Below are positions 31,241 through 42,344 of a DNA stretch of 64,000 nt, one piece after another. Source of the DNA: Alphaproteobacteria bacterium (GTDB taxonomy: Bacteria; Pseudomonadota; Alphaproteobacteria; Bin95); assembly GCA_964291285.2 (NCBI GenBank), contig OZ219787.1, positions 1,248,001-1,312,000 of the forward strand. Reading direction: 5' to 3'. Position 1 is the first letter of the stretch; each line of letters begins with the position of its first letter. The translations under genes and the position numbers were made by a program. The notes under the pieces are model-generated. The model saw only the letters and a list, made by a program, of their open reading frames with translations, did no database searches and was not told where the DNA came from.

Positions 31241-31816
31241 TTACGCCGCCTGCCCCTCGCGGCGGAAGGCTGTGCCGGCGTGTTCGGGCTGGTCGGTGCG
31301 GAAGACGAGGTCGTCCACGGGCGCGCCCGACTCGTAGCGGGCCAGCAGCTCGTCAGGGTCGAAGAGCTGGCCGACGGGGTCGCGCGCGAAGGTCTCGCTG
31401 CGCATGAATTCGCCGGCCCGGGCCAGGTCCATCATGTCGATCTGGAACTCGAGCCCGTTGCCGTCCGGGTCGCGGTAATACATCGAGAGCGTGAGCCCGT
31501 GGCGGATCGGCCGGTAGGGCAGGATGCCCATGCCCTTCAGCCGCTTGTAGGTGTCGAGCAGCTCGCCCAGGCCCCGCCAGGTGTAGGCGACATGGTTGAC
31601 GCCCGCCTCGTCCGGCCGGCGTTCCGCCGCGCCCTCCGGCGCGGGCCCGAGATTGATGAAGGCGAAGCGGTGGTGCTCGTCGTCATAGGTCAGGAACGCC
31701 AGCCGCTCGTCCCGGTGCTGGATGCGCGCCTCGAAGACGCGGGCATACCAGTCGACCATCTCCTCATGGCGGTGGGTGTTGTAAACGATGTGGGCGAACT
31801 TGCTGGGCGCGACCAT
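31241..31816 (-). CDS. VOC family protein
   Basis: FAHIV, DDEHHR, VNHVAY, YYRDPDGNGLE. Confidence 0.85.
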   Translation of the reverse strand: MVAPSKFAHIVYNTHRHEEMVDWYARVFEARIQHRDERLAFLTYDDEHHRFAFINLGPAPEGAAERRPDEAGVNHVAYTWRGLGELLDTYKRLKGMGILPYRPIRHGLTLSMYYRDPDGNGLEFQIDMMDLARAGEFMRSETFARDPVGQLFDPDELLARYESGAPVDDLVFRTDQPEHAGTAFRREGQAA

Positions 31817-31963
31817 CTCTGCCTCCCCGGATGCTTGTGGGCTTCATACCAACGGTCATTGATCGGAACCCATGCCGGCAGCCGCCCCTTTTCGTCGCCC
31901 CGGCTCGGGGGCCGGGGCGACGGTGAAGCGCGACCTCTCATGAGTCGTAACCCGGCACCGCGG

Positions 31964-32650
31964 TTATCGGGCCCTGACCGGCGGGTCCGTCTCGCTCGTC
32001 GCCAGCATCTCCGCGTCGGTCATGGCGAGTATCGTCTCATAGCGGCCGGGCGGATAGTTGGTCATGTGCGGGCCGGGCGCATCGGGGCCGGGCTGCGGCA
32101 CCGCGCCGCCGCTGTCGGCGAAGTCCGAGGACCGCTTGTAGCGCGCAAGCTCGTCCGCGCCGATGCCGGCGAGCGCGACCACTTCCGGGTCGATCCACGC
32201 CTCGGCGTCTATCGGCGCCTCGGAATAGGACAGCTCCAGCGCGAGGTTCTCCGGCCCGGCGAAATAGATCGACTTGCAGAAGCCGTGGTCCCGCGGCCCG
32301 ATCACCGGCACGCCCTTGGCGCGCAGGCGGTCCTTCATCGCCATCAGCTCCTCCTCGCCGCGCACGCGGAAGGCGACATGCTGCATGGTCCCGGCGGCGC
32401 TGTTGGCGCCCGGATTGCCGGCATGGGTGCGCCCGACCTCGGCCGGGATGTCGCCGATGGCGTCGTTCTGCACCAGCGCGACGGCGCTTTCGTCATTCAG
32501 GCGCAGGAAGCCGTGGAAGGTGTTCTCGACCCCGTGCATCCAGTAGAGCGCCACCAGCTCCATGCCGAGCTTGTCGGTGAAGAACTCGATCTGGGTCTTG
32601 ATGTCGGCGGTGGTGATGGCGAGGTGGTGCAGGCCTTCGAGCTTGTTCAT
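31964..32650 (-). CDS. VOC family protein
   Basis: GLHHLAI, MQHVAF, SIYFAGPENLALE. Confidence 0.85.
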   Translation of the reverse strand: MNKLEGLHHLAITTADIKTQIEFFTDKLGMELVALYWMHGVENTFHGFLRLNDESAVALVQNDAIGDIPAEVGRTHAGNPGANSAAGTMQHVAFRVRGEEELMAMKDRLRAKGVPVIGPRDHGFCKSIYFAGPENLALELSYSEAPIDAEAWIDPEVVALAGIGADELARYKRSSDFADSGGAVPQPGPDAPGPHMTNYPPGRYETILAMTDAEMLATSETDPPVRAR

Positions 32651-32755
32651 GGCGTCTCTCCCGATATGTCCGGCGGCTGCGCGCGGAGGGGATGGCTCAG
32701 GGACAGCATCGGCCGTCGCGGCGCGATTTCCAACCCGGAATCCTGCGCCGGTCCC

Positions 32756-32963
32756 CTGGAACACGATCCGTCCGGGTTGAACCGGCCTCGTTGGCAAAGC
32801 CTCAATCGTCACCCCGGACGGCGCGCCAGCGGCGATCCGGGGTCCATCTCCCGGCCTTTCCGCCAGGCCGAAACGGTTGTGGATGGGCCCCGGATCGGGG
32901 TCCGGGGCGACGATTTCGGGTTGGGAGCGAAATACGGTTCGATCGGAACGGGTCCTGCGCTAG
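32756..32963. repeat. MITE-like element enclosing an inverted REP pair
   Basis: imperfect ~29-bp terminal inverted arms ending CTAG; inner GATCCGGGGTCCATC / GATGGGCCCCGGATC. Confidence 0.55.
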
Positions 32964-34177
32964 CAGAGGTCCGGCGCCCCGGCAGCCGCCGCTGTTGCCG
33001 CCGCTTCGAGGTCGAAGGCGTCGTAGCGGTAGAGCCAGTCGAGCGTGCGGTTGCGCGACGCGCCGAGCGTCCGGTTGCGTTCGGCCGCCGCCTCGCCGCG
33101 CATGTGGAAGAGTTCCGCATTGCGGCGCGAGCCGGTCTGGATGCGGGCCGACCGGGCCCGGCGCAGGTCCTCGTAGCGTTTCAGGCCGGCCGCGACATCC
33201 CCGCCCGCCGTCAGGCATTCGGCCAGCACGGCGCCGTCCTCTATGGCCATGGCCGCGCCCTGGGCCATGAAGGGCAGCGTTGCGTGGCAGGCGTCGCCCA
33301 GCAGCGTCACCCGGCCCTTGCCCCATCGCGGCATGGGCGGCCGGTCGAACAGCGCCCATTTGTAGCAGGCGTCCGGGTCCATGGCGCCGATCAGCCGCCG
33401 CACGCCGTCATGCCAGCCGGCGAAGTCGGCCTTGAGCTCCTCGATATCGCCGCGCTCGGTCCAGGATTCGCGCTCCCAGCCCTCTTTCTCGACCACGCAG
33501 ACGCAGTTCACCAGCCGGCCGCTGCGGACATAGTAGTGGACGACATGCCCGCCGGGCCCGAGCCAGTTGGAGGACACCGGGCGCACGAAGCCCTCCGGCA
33601 GCCGCGCCGCCGGCACGAGGCCGCGCCAGGCGACCGTGCCGGTGAAGGCGGGCGCCTCCGGGCCGAACAGGAAGGCGCGCACCGCCGAATGGATGCCGTC
33701 CGCGCCGATCAGCGCCCGGCCCCGGTGGCGCCTGCCGCCCGCAGAAAGCGAGACCCCGCCCGCGGACTGTTCGATGCCGCCCGCTTCGGCGGCGGTGTGC
33801 AGCGCGATTCGCGGCTCCGCCCGGGCGGCGTCTGCCAGCGCGCCGATCAGGTCCGCGCGGTGGATATGGTAGTAGGGATAGCCGTAGCGGCGGCGGACCC
33901 CCTCGCCCAGTTCGACCTCGTGGATGGTCTCGCCGCTCGCCCAGTCGCGCATCTGGCCCGAGACGGGCAGGAAGGCGGCCGCCTCCAGCGCCTCCGCCAG
34001 GCCGAGCCGGTGCAGCACCCGGTTGCAATTGGGGCTGAGCTGGATGCCCGCGCCGATTTCGCCGAAGGCGGGCGCCGCCTCGAACACGCGCACACGCAAG
34101 CCCTTCGCGGCGAGGCAGAGCGCCGCCGTCAGCCCGCCGATGCCGCCGCCGGCGATCAGGATGTCGCCGCCGGTTAT
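32960..34177 (-). CDS. FAD-dependent monooxygenase (salicylate hydroxylase-like)
   Basis: [29 protein letters not shown]; apparent ATA start. Confidence 0.88.
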   Translation of the reverse strand: MTGGDILIAGGGIGGLTAALCLAAKGLRVRVFEAAPAFGEIGAGIQLSPNCNRVLHRLGLAEALEAAAFLPVSGQMRDWASGETIHEVELGEGVRRRYGYPYYHIHRADLIGALADAARAEPRIALHTAAEAGGIEQSAGGVSLSAGGRRHRGRALIGADGIHSAVRAFLFGPEAPAFTGTVAWRGLVPAARLPEGFVRPVSSNWLGPGGHVVHYYVRSGRLVNCVCVVEKEGWERESWTERGDIEELKADFAGWHDGVRRLIGAMDPDACYKWALFDRPPMPRWGKGRVTLLGDACHATLPFMAQGAAMAIEDGAVLAECLTAGGDVAAGLKRYEDLRRARSARIQTGSRRNAELFHMRGEAAAERNRTLGASRNRTLDWLYRYDAFDLEAAATAAAAGAPDLC

Positions 34178-35646
34178 GGGCCCGGCTCCCCGTCCGCGTT
34201 GCCGGCGGGCCGCGAGAGCGTGCGCGCCACGGCGTCGGCCCAGCGGGCGCGGCCGGGCGCGGGGTCGCCTCCGGGCTCGAACCGCCGCCCGGCGGGGCGC
34301 CCGGCATCGCGCGGGTCCGAGAACACGCCGGCGCCCAGGCCCGCCAGCACGGCCGCGCCCCAGGCCGTCGTCTCGGTGACGGCGGGGCGCTCCACGGTGA
34401 GGCCGGCGATGTCGGCGAGCCTCTGGGCGAACCAGTCATTGGCGCTCATCGCCCCGTCTATGCGGAGCAGCGCGGGTTCGAGGCCGTCGGCGGCGGCGGC
34501 GTCCAGCAGGTCGGCGGTCTGGTGCGCGGCGGCTTCGAGCGCGGCGCGCGCAAGCTCGGCCGGCCCCGTGTCGCGCGTCAGGCCGAAGAGCGCGCCGCGC
34601 GCCTCCGCATCCCACCAGGGCGCGCCCAGCCCGACGAAGGCCGGCACCATGACGACGCCGCTCCCGCCTGCGCGCTCCGCCAGCGCCTCCGTTTCCGCCG
34701 TGTCGGCGAGGATGCCGAGGCCGTCGCGCAGCCACTGCACCGCCGCGCCCGCGACGAACACCGCACCTTCGAGCGCGTATGTCGTCCGGCCGCCGAGGTC
34801 GAGCGCGACGGTGGTGAGCAGGCGGTGGCGGGAGGCCGCGGGCGCCTCGCCGGTATGCGCCAGCAGGAAGCAGCCGGTGCCGTAGGTGCTCTTGATGTCG
34901 CCCGCTTCCAGGCAGCCCTGGCCGAGGGTCGCCGCCTGCTGGTCGCCGGCCATGCCCGCAATCGGCACCGGCGCGCCCAGGATGTCCGTCACGCCGAAGC
35001 CGTCCGCATTGCCGCGCACCTCGGGCAGCACGGCTTCCGGGACCCGGAAGAGTTCGAGCAGGTCCGGGCTCCAGGCGCGTTTGCGGATGTCGAAAAGGCC
35101 GGTGCGCGAGGCGTTGGTCGCGTCGGTCGCATGGACGCGCCCGCCGGTCAGCCGCCAGGCGAGGAAGCTGTCCACCGTGCCGAAGGCGAGGTCGCGGCGC
35201 CCGCGCGCCCCGGGCAGCTCGTCCAGCAGCCAGGCGAGCTTGGTCGCGGAGAAATAGGGGTCGATCAGGAGGCCGCTCTGCTCCGTGACGAACGGCTCCA
35301 GCCCCTCGGCGCGGAGCCGGGCGCATTCCGGGGCCGTGCGGCGGTCCTGCCAGACGATGGCGTTGTGCAGGCAAGCGCCGCTCGCCCGGTCCCACAGCAG
35401 CGCCGTCTCGCGCTGGTTGGCGATGCCGATGGCGGCAGGCAGGTCGTCTCCGGCCGCCTCGCACAGCACGGCCACGCTCGCCTGCCAGATTTCCTCCGGG
35501 TCGTGCTCCACCAGGCCGTCCGCCGGGTAGATCTGGCGGAGTTCGCGCCGGGCCGTGCGGAGCGGCGCGCCGGCGGCGTCGAACAGGATCGCGCGGGTCG
35601 AGGTCGTGCCCTGGTCGAGCGCGAGCAGATGCGGGGCGGAGGCCAT
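34174..35646 (-). CDS. glpK: glycerol kinase
   Basis: [32 protein letters not shown]. Confidence 0.92.
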   Translation of the reverse strand: MASAPHLLALDQGTTSTRAILFDAAGAPLRTARRELRQIYPADGLVEHDPEEIWQASVAVLCEAAGDDLPAAIGIANQRETALLWDRASGACLHNAIVWQDRRTAPECARLRAEGLEPFVTEQSGLLIDPYFSATKLAWLLDELPGARGRRDLAFGTVDSFLAWRLTGGRVHATDATNASRTGLFDIRKRAWSPDLLELFRVPEAVLPEVRGNADGFGVTDILGAPVPIAGMAGDQQAATLGQGCLEAGDIKSTYGTGCFLLAHTGEAPAASRHRLLTTVALDLGGRTTYALEGAVFVAGAAVQWLRDGLGILADTAETEALAERAGGSGVVMVPAFVGLGAPWWDAEARGALFGLTRDTGPAELARAALEAAAHQTADLLDAAAADGLEPALLRIDGAMSANDWFAQRLADIAGLTVERPAVTETTAWGAAVLAGLGAGVFSDPRDAGRPAGRRFEPGGDPAPGRARWADAVARTLSRPAGNADGEPGP

Positions 35647-35703
35647 GGGGCTATGCTAGGGAACCTCGCCCGTTTCCCGCAACCGCCGGAAAGGCCGCCG
35701 CCC

Positions 35704-36483
35704 ATGCCGCGTTTCGCCGCCAATCTCTCGATGCTGTTCACCGAACACGGGTTCCTGGACCGCTTCGACGCCGCCGCCAGGGTCGGCTTCAGGGCGGTCG
35801 AGTTCCTGTTCCCCTACGACTTCGCGCCGGAGGAGGTGGCGAGGGCGAAGGCGGATGCGGGCGTCGAGACCGTGCTGTTCAACATGCCGCCCGGCGACTG
35901 GGAGGCGGGCGAGCGCGGACTGGCGGCCGTGCCGGGACGCGAGGCGGCGTTCGCCGACGCGCTGGAAACAGCGGCGGCATGGGCCGGCGTGCTGGACAGC
36001 CCGCGCGTGCATGTCATGGCCGGCATTCCGGACGAAGGGGCGGAAGCCGACGCCGAGGCCGTCTATGTGGCGAACCTGAAACGCGCCGCCGCGCGGCTCG
36101 GCGCGCGCCACGTGTCCATCGAGCCCATCAACCGGCGGGACATTCCGGGTTTCTTCCTCAACCGCCAGGACGAGGCGCACCGTATCCGCGCCGCGGTCGG
36201 GGCGGAGACCGTCAAGGTGCAGATGGACCTCTACCACTGCCAGATCGTCGAGGGCGATGTCGCCATGCGGCTCCGCGAATGGCTGCCGGGCGGCGGCGTC
36301 GGCCACATGCAGATCGCCGGCGTGCCGGAGCGCCACGAACCCTCGGTCGGCGAGATGCACTACCCCTACCTGTTCAGGCTGATCGACGAGCTCGGCTATG
36401 AAGGCTGGATCGGCTGCGAATACCGCCCGCGTGCCGGCACCGTCGAAGGGCTCGGCTGGGCCAAGGCCTACGGCATCGGCTGA
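35704..36483 (+). CDS. hydroxypyruvate / 2-oxo-tetronate isomerase family
   Basis: [28 protein letters not shown]. Confidence 0.88.
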   Translation: MPRFAANLSMLFTEHGFLDRFDAAARVGFRAVEFLFPYDFAPEEVARAKADAGVETVLFNMPPGDWEAGERGLAAVPGREAAFADALETAAAWAGVLDSPRVHVMAGIPDEGAEADAEAVYVANLKRAAARLGARHVSIEPINRRDIPGFFLNRQDEAHRIRAAVGAETVKVQMDLYHCQIVEGDVAMRLREWLPGGGVGHMQIAGVPERHEPSVGEMHYPYLFRLIDELGYEGWIGCEYRPRAGTVEGLGWAKAYGIG

Positions 36484-36522
36484 CCCGCCTCCGCCGCATC
36501 CGCAGCGGAGGCGGGTTCCGGT

Positions 36523-37905
36523 TCAGTCGAGCAGCACCCTCGGCAGCCAGAGCGCGATGTCGGGCCAGGCCAGCACGAAGCCGAGGCCGATGAGCTGCAG
36601 GCACACGAACGGGATGATGCCCCGGTAGATCGAGGTCAGCTGCACCTCCGGCGGGGCCACGCCCTTCATGTAGAACAGCGCGAAGCCGAAAGGCGGCGTC
36701 AGGAAGGAGGTCTGGAGATTGACCGCCACCAGCAGCGCGAACCAGTAGATCTTCTCGGCGTGGATGACGTGCTCGCCGAAATCGAGCTCCTGCACGATCG
36801 GCGTGAAGACCGGCAGCACGATCAGCGTGATCTCCAGGAAGTCGAAGAAGAACCCCAGGAAAAACACGGTCGCCATCAGCACGATGAGCAGCCCCCAACT
36901 GCCGAGGCCGAGCGAGAAGATGAGCTCCTCCACCACGTCGTCGCCGCCGAGCGAGCGGAACACGTAGGAGAAGGCCGTCGCGCCGATGAAGACGAAGAAG
37001 ATCATCGCCACGGTGAGAGATGTGCGGTTCAGCACGTCGCCCAGCGCTTCGATGGTGAGGTTGCGGTTTATGAACGCGAGCAGGGTTGCGCCGAACGCAC
37101 CCACCGCCGCCGCCTCGGACGGCGTAGCCCAGCCCAGAATGATCGACCCCAGCACCAGGAAAATCAGGAAGACAGGCGGGATGAAACCCCGCAACACCAT
37201 GACCCCCAGTTCCGCCATGCTGCCGGGGCCGCGCTCGTCCGGCAGCGGCGGCCCGAGCTGTGGCCAGATCAGGGTGAGCAGCATGATATAGACGAAGTAG
37301 AGCCCCGAGAGCAGCAGCCCCGGGAACACCGCCGCGACGAACAGGTTGCCGACCGAAATCGAAAGCAGGTCCGCCATGATGACCAGCATGATGCTCGGCG
37401 GGATCAGGATGCCGAGCGTGCTGGCGGCGGCGATCGTGCCGGTGGCGAGTTCCGGGTTGTATCTGCGCTCCAGCATGATCGGGAGCGCCATGAGGGTAAT
37501 CATCACCACCGAGGCGCCGATGATGCCGGTGCTGGCCGCCATGATGGTGCCCATGACGGTGACGCCGAGCGCAAGCCCGCCGGGGACGCGGCGCAGCAAT
37601 ACCTGGAGGCAGTGCAGCAGGTCGTGTGCGACGCCGGAGCGCTCCAGCATGGTGCCCATGTAAACGAAGAGCGGCACCGCGACGAGCACGAGGTTTTCCG
37701 CCGCCCCGCCCCAGACGCGCGGCAGGATGTTGAAGAACTCGATGGGCGCGAACACATCCAGAGCGGTGCCGATCAGGCCGAATGCCAGCGACGCGCCGCC
37801 GAGCGCAAATGCGACCGGAAAGCCCGTGAACAGCAGGCAGCCCAGCCCGATGAACATGTAGATCGCGATATATTCCTGAAGGTGCCAGTAGATTTCCTGA
37901 AACAT
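36523..37905 (-). CDS. TRAP transporter large permease (DctM)
   Basis: GILIPPSI, SFLTPPFG. Confidence 0.92.
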   Translation of the reverse strand: MFQEIYWHLQEYIAIYMFIGLGCLLFTGFPVAFALGGASLAFGLIGTALDVFAPIEFFNILPRVWGGAAENLVLVAVPLFVYMGTMLERSGVAHDLLHCLQVLLRRVPGGLALGVTVMGTIMAASTGIIGASVVMITLMALPIMLERRYNPELATGTIAAASTLGILIPPSIMLVIMADLLSISVGNLFVAAVFPGLLLSGLYFVYIMLLTLIWPQLGPPLPDERGPGSMAELGVMVLRGFIPPVFLIFLVLGSIILGWATPSEAAAVGAFGATLLAFINRNLTIEALGDVLNRTSLTVAMIFFVFIGATAFSYVFRSLGGDDVVEELIFSLGLGSWGLLIVLMATVFFLGFFFDFLEITLIVLPVFTPIVQELDFGEHVIHAEKIYWFALLVAVNLQTSFLTPPFGFALFYMKGVAPPEVQLTSIYRGIIPFVCLQLIGLGFVLAWPDIALWLPRVLLD

Positions 37906-37908
37906 GGT

Positions 37909-38541
37909 TCAGCGGCCCTCCGCCTGCTCGCCGCCGGATGCGATCACGACCCGTTCGCCCATCGGTTCCTGCACGGTGAGCAGAGGCACGTTCAGACCGG
38001 GCGGCCCGAACAGATAGGCGGTCTTGCGCAGCCAGACGCTGATGCCGGCTAGCAGGGCGAAAACGAAGCCGAGGAACAGGATGCCCTTGATGATCCAGCG
38101 GTTGCTGAGACCAACCAGGGAATAGGAAATTTCGTTCTGGATGAACGACTTGTAGGCGAAGTCCCAGGAAAACCAGATCAGCACGCAGCAATAGGGAATC
38201 ATGGCGATGGTCACGCCGATCCACTCGACCCATGCCTGCTTGCGGATCGGCAGGCGCTCGCGGATCACATCCACCCGGACATGGCTGTTCGCCACATAGC
38301 CGTAACCGAGCGCAGAGGCGAACAGGGCCGTGTGGAAATGCCACTCCCATTCCTGCAGCACGGTGGACTGCAGATTGTCTCCAAGCTGTTCGATAACCCA
38401 GAGCTGGAAAGTGGTGAATTTGCGCGTCACCACGTCCCAGATGGTCACGATGATCAACGGAATAATGGCGACCGAGCCCAGCTTGCCGACCCAGGTTATG
38501 ATCCTGTTCAGCCGGTCGCTGATCTGCACGAGCTTTTCCAT
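37909..38541 (-). CDS. TRAP transporter small permease (DctQ)
   Basis: EWEWH, HVRVD, 4 TM. Confidence 0.88.
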   Translation of the reverse strand: MEKLVQISDRLNRIITWVGKLGSVAIIPLIIVTIWDVVTRKFTTFQLWVIEQLGDNLQSTVLQEWEWHFHTALFASALGYGYVANSHVRVDVIRERLPIRKQAWVEWIGVTIAMIPYCCVLIWFSWDFAYKSFIQNEISYSLVGLSNRWIIKGILFLGFVFALLAGISVWLRKTAYLFGPPGLNVPLLTVQEPMGERVVIASGGEQAEGR

Positions 38542-38705
38542 CGGATTCGCCCGCAACCTCCCTGAAATCCCCGAATGCCGAAACCGGCCACCGGGTAGCC
38601 TGCCCGAACGGTGTCTAGCAGGCAAGACAAGCCGCCAGGGCAGATTTGCTCCGCCCCGGCGGCAGGTGGCCCCCTTGGGAGCCGCTAAGTCAACCGTCCC
38701 GACGG

Positions 38706-39755
38706 TCAGTCGAGATAGCCGTGCTCCTTCCAGATTGCGTACTTGTCGCGGAAGGCCTGGTAGGAAGCATGGAACTTGGCGAAGACCGGGTCGGTCTGGG
38801 TCTTTTCGGCGATCACCTCGTCCCAGGCATTGGAAAGCTTGGCGAGGTCGTCGTCGCTCCAACGGACGCTCTCGACGCCTTTCTCCTTCAGCTTAAGCAT
38901 GGCTTCGAACTGGAAGGCTTCGGAGCGCACGAAGGACCATGTGATCGACGCATCGCACGCATGGCGGATGATCGCCTGATGCTGGCCGGACAGTCCCTCG
39001 AACGCCGACTTCTTCATTAGCAGTTCGCCGATCGAGGACTGCTGGTGCCAGCCCGGGAAGTAGTTGAACTTGGCGATCTGGTAGAAGCCGAGGTCGAGGT
39101 CGATCGACGGCATGGAGAACTCGGTCGCGTCGATGACGCCGCGCTCGAGCGCGGGATAGATGTCCGCGCCGGCGAGAAGCTGCGTCGAGACGCCGAGCTT
39201 GGTCATGACCTCTGCGCCGAGGCCGAAGAAACGCATCTTCTTGCCCTTAAGGTCGTCGATCGAGTTCAGCTTGGAGCGGAACCAGCCGGAGGTCTCCGGG
39301 GCGATCGCGGCGCAGTGCAGGCCGATCAGGTCATGCTTGGCATAAAGCTCATTGTAGAGCTCGTCGCCGCCGCCATAGCCCATCCAGGCCAGCAGTTCGC
39401 CGGCGCGCGGCCCGAACGGCACAGCAGTCATGAAGGCGAGCGCGGGATATTTGCCGGTGTGGTAGCCGGCGGTGCCCCACATGGCGTCGACGGAACCTGC
39501 CTCGACGGCGTCGAAGCCCTGGAGCGTCGGCACGAGCGCGCCCGGCTCATAGAATTTGATGGTCAGGTCGCCGGCCGACATGTCCTTGACGATATCTTCG
39601 TAACGCGCCGCAACCTCGCCGATGATCGAAAGCTTCGACCCGAAGGCGCTCTGCATTTTCCAGCGCACTTTCTGCGCTTCGGCGTCGCCCGCCGCGCCGA
39701 GCGCCGCCGCGCCGACAAGCCCGGCTGCGGCTACTGTGAGGAGTTTCTTGAACAA
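38706..39755 (-). CDS. TRAP substrate-binding protein (DctP/TakP-like)
   Basis: signal peptide, WKMQS, KMRFFG, IYPALERG, YFPGWHQ. Confidence 0.92.
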   Translation of the reverse strand: MFKKLLTVAAAGLVGAAALGAAGDAEAQKVRWKMQSAFGSKLSIIGEVAARYEDIVKDMSAGDLTIKFYEPGALVPTLQGFDAVEAGSVDAMWGTAGYHTGKYPALAFMTAVPFGPRAGELLAWMGYGGGDELYNELYAKHDLIGLHCAAIAPETSGWFRSKLNSIDDLKGKKMRFFGLGAEVMTKLGVSTQLLAGADIYPALERGVIDATEFSMPSIDLDLGFYQIAKFNYFPGWHQQSSIGELLMKKSAFEGLSGQHQAIIRHACDASITWSFVRSEAFQFEAMLKLKEKGVESVRWSDDDLAKLSNAWDEVIAEKTQTDPVFAKFHASYQAFRDKYAIWKEHGYLD

Positions 39756-39905
39756 GTGTATGCCTCCCTGGTGCCAGTTAAAGCGCCCCGCACGTCTGCG
39801 TGCGGCCGCCACGGCGCCTGAATAACAGAAAAAAATTCCGCGCGCGACTCTGTAGACGGTACGTTCCGTCGCAGTCGCATGACCGGCCTGCGCACTCAAC
39901 CGGCG

Positions 39906-40073
39906 TCAGGCAGTGTGACGACCCGCAATGGCCTCGCGAAACTCGGCCTGCAACACGCCTCGCAAACTCGCCTCCAACCGCGCGCGATCCTCCTTCGCCG
40001 CGCGCTGCCCCTGCCGGATCAGCACGACCAGACTCGCGCCGACCGCCAGAATCGCGATCACCTCAGGCGTCAT
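39906..40073 (-). CDS. small TM/coiled-coil protein, 55 aa (absent from ORF track)
   Basis: MTPEVIAILAVGASLVVLIRQGQRAAKEDRARLEASL... Confidence 0.45.
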   Translation of the reverse strand: MTPEVIAILAVGASLVVLIRQGQRAAKEDRARLEASLRGVLQAEFREAIAGRHTA

Positions 40074-40172
40074 TCACCCATGGCTCCATCGAACCCGCCG
40101 CTCATGGCTGACAATGCCGGTATATCGGCGGGAGGCGGCCGGGCAAGCGCGCATCCGCCTGCCGCCGCCGGC

Positions 40173-41951
40173 TCAGACGCGCTCCGCGACATAGGTGCCG
40201 GGGGCGTCGGCGAGGGCGGGCAGCGGGCCTTCTCCGGGGATGCGGGCCGGCACTTTACCGCCGGCCGAACGCCCTACCCACCCGGCCCAGTCCCCCCACC
40301 ACGAGCCCGGCTTCTCCGCTGCGCGCTCCAGCCAGGACTCGTTGTTCTTCAGCATCTGCCGATGGGTCCAGTGGCTGTATTTGCCGGCCTCCGGCGGGTT
40401 GACGATGCCGGCGATATGGCCGGACGCCGCGAGCACGAAGCGCACCGGCCCGCCATAGTGCCGGGCGCCGCGATAGACGCCGGGCCAGGGCGCGATATGG
40501 TCCTCGCGGGTGCCGACGACATAGGTGCGGGTCTTCACCGCCGAGAGGTCGAGCCGCTCGCCCGCGATCTCCAGCGCCCCCGGTTCCGCCAGCGCATTGT
40601 CCATATACATGCGGCGCAGGTAGAAGCTGTGCATCCGCTTCGGCATCCGCGTCGAATCGGCGTTCCAGAAGAGCAGGTCGAACGGCACCGGGTCGCGGCC
40701 GAGCAGGTAGTTGTTGATGACGAAGGACCAGATCAGGTCGTTGGCGCGCAGCATGTTGAAGGTTGTCGCCATGTCGGCGCCTTCCAGCACGCCGCCTGCC
40801 TTGTCCATGCGTGTTTCCAGCGCCGACACCTGCTCCTCGTCGATAAAGACGCCAAGCTCGCCCACCTCGCTGAAATCGACCAGCGAGGCGAAATAGGTGG
40901 CGCTCTCGATGGGCGCCTCGCCGCGCGCCGCCAGCCAGGCGAGCGTCACCGCCAGCAGCGTGCCGCCCAGGCAATAGCCGATGGCGTTGGCGCGCCGGGC
41001 CCCGGTAATCCGCTCGACGGCGTCGAGCGCGGCGAGCGGGCCCTCGGCCATGTAGTCGTCGAACGACTTGTCCGAGAGCCGGGAATCCGGGTTGACCCAT
41101 GAGATGACGAACACGGTATGGCCCTGCTCGACCGCCCAGCGCACGAAGGAATTCTCCGGCGTGAGGTCCAGGATGTAGAACTTGTTGATCCAGGGCGGGA
41201 CGATCAGCAGCGGCACCTCGTGGACGGCCTCCGTCGCGGGCGCGTACTGGATGAGTTCCATGAGGTCGTTGCGCAGAACCACCTTGCCCGGCGTGACGGC
41301 GACATTGCGGCCGACCTCGAAGGCGGACATGTCGGTCTGCGCGATGCGGAGCTGTCCCTTGCCCGCCTCCAGGTCGCGCAGCATGTTCTCGAAGCCGCGC
41401 AGCAGGTTTTCCCCGTTGCTGTCCAGCGTCTCGCGCAGCACCCTGGGGTTGGTGGCGGCGAAATTGGTCGGCGCCATCGCGTCGATGAACTGGCGCGTGT
41501 AGAAGGCCACCTTGTCGGCCTCGTGCCGGTCAGCGCCTTCGGCCTCCGGCAGGCTGCCGAGCAGGAAGCGCGACGAAAGCAGATAGGACTGCTTGATGAA
41601 GTCGAAGGCGAAATTCTCCCGCCAGGCAGCGTCCTTGAACCGGCGGTCTCCCGGCTCGGGCTCGGCGACCGGCGGCACAGCTTCGCCGCCCATCATCCGG
41701 CGCGCCGTGTCCTGCCAGAGCTTGGCATATTGCTGGGCGAGCTCCGCCTGCGCCGTCATCATGCGCGCCGGGTCGGCCATCATGCGCGCGGTCATTTCGA
41801 GAAAGGCCTTGCCGATGCCGAGCGGGTCCGGGTCGGTTCCGCCCGCTTCGGCGCCGTGCCGGGCGGCAAATTCCGCCGCCACGCGCTGGCTGCGTTCCGT
41901 GATTTCCCTGAAGCGTTCGGCGAGCGCATCCTGGTCGAGGGTGCCGGTCAT
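40173..41951 (-). CDS. phaC: class I PHA synthase
   Basis: PPWINKFYILDL, GYCLGG, WNAD, DHIAPW, SGHIAG. Confidence 0.95.
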   Translation of the reverse strand: MTGTLDQDALAERFREITERSQRVAAEFAARHGAEAGGTDPDPLGIGKAFLEMTARMMADPARMMTAQAELAQQYAKLWQDTARRMMGGEAVPPVAEPEPGDRRFKDAAWRENFAFDFIKQSYLLSSRFLLGSLPEAEGADRHEADKVAFYTRQFIDAMAPTNFAATNPRVLRETLDSNGENLLRGFENMLRDLEAGKGQLRIAQTDMSAFEVGRNVAVTPGKVVLRNDLMELIQYAPATEAVHEVPLLIVPPWINKFYILDLTPENSFVRWAVEQGHTVFVISWVNPDSRLSDKSFDDYMAEGPLAALDAVERITGARRANAIGYCLGGTLLAVTLAWLAARGEAPIESATYFASLVDFSEVGELGVFIDEEQVSALETRMDKAGGVLEGADMATTFNMLRANDLIWSFVINNYLLGRDPVPFDLLFWNADSTRMPKRMHSFYLRRMYMDNALAEPGALEIAGERLDLSAVKTRTYVVGTREDHIAPWPGVYRGARHYGGPVRFVLAASGHIAGIVNPPEAGKYSHWTHRQMLKNNESWLERAAEKPGSWWGDWAGWVGRSAGGKVPARIPGEGPLPALADAPGTYVAERV

Positions 41952-41997
41952 GGGTCCGCCTCCAGCAATGATTTGCCTTTACTATAGGCCGAGTGCT

Positions 41998-42291
41998 TTG
42001 CTGCGGCGCAGCATAAAATTGTCGCAGTGCGGAATGATCGTGCTGCTAGCCGGCTGCGCGATTCTGGAAGGCAAGCCGCTGCCGGAAAGCCGGGTGGCGG
42101 ACGAAGAACGCATCCGCCAGGAGCGTCCCTGGCCCAATCTCGCCGATGTTCCCTCCGAGCCGCGCCCGGGTTCGTCCCGCGCCGCCATCGCGGCGCTCAA
42201 GGCGCAGTTGGAGGCGGAGCGGGCGGCGCATGACGCCGGGCGCGCCTGTCAGGAGGGCCGGGCCGGAGATAACGGGAAGTGCATGGAATAG
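41998..42291 (+). CDS. putative small lipoprotein
   Basis: LLAGC lipobox; start uncertain. Confidence 0.5.
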   Translation: MLRRSIKLSQCGMIVLLAGCAILEGKPLPESRVADEERIRQERPWPNLADVPSEPRPGSSRAAIAALKAQLEAERAAHDAGRACQEGRAGDNGKCME

Positions 42292-42344
42292 CGCGGCGCA
42301 CTTGCTATAAACGCGCCGCCTTCCCCTTCCGGAGACCGGAGGCC

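Noticed and set aside
31196-34885. 1229-aa plus-strand ORF and many other long alternative-frame ORFs
   Set aside because: Antisense shadows of real genes in high-GC DNA; Arg/Ala/Gly/Pro-rich with no motifs.
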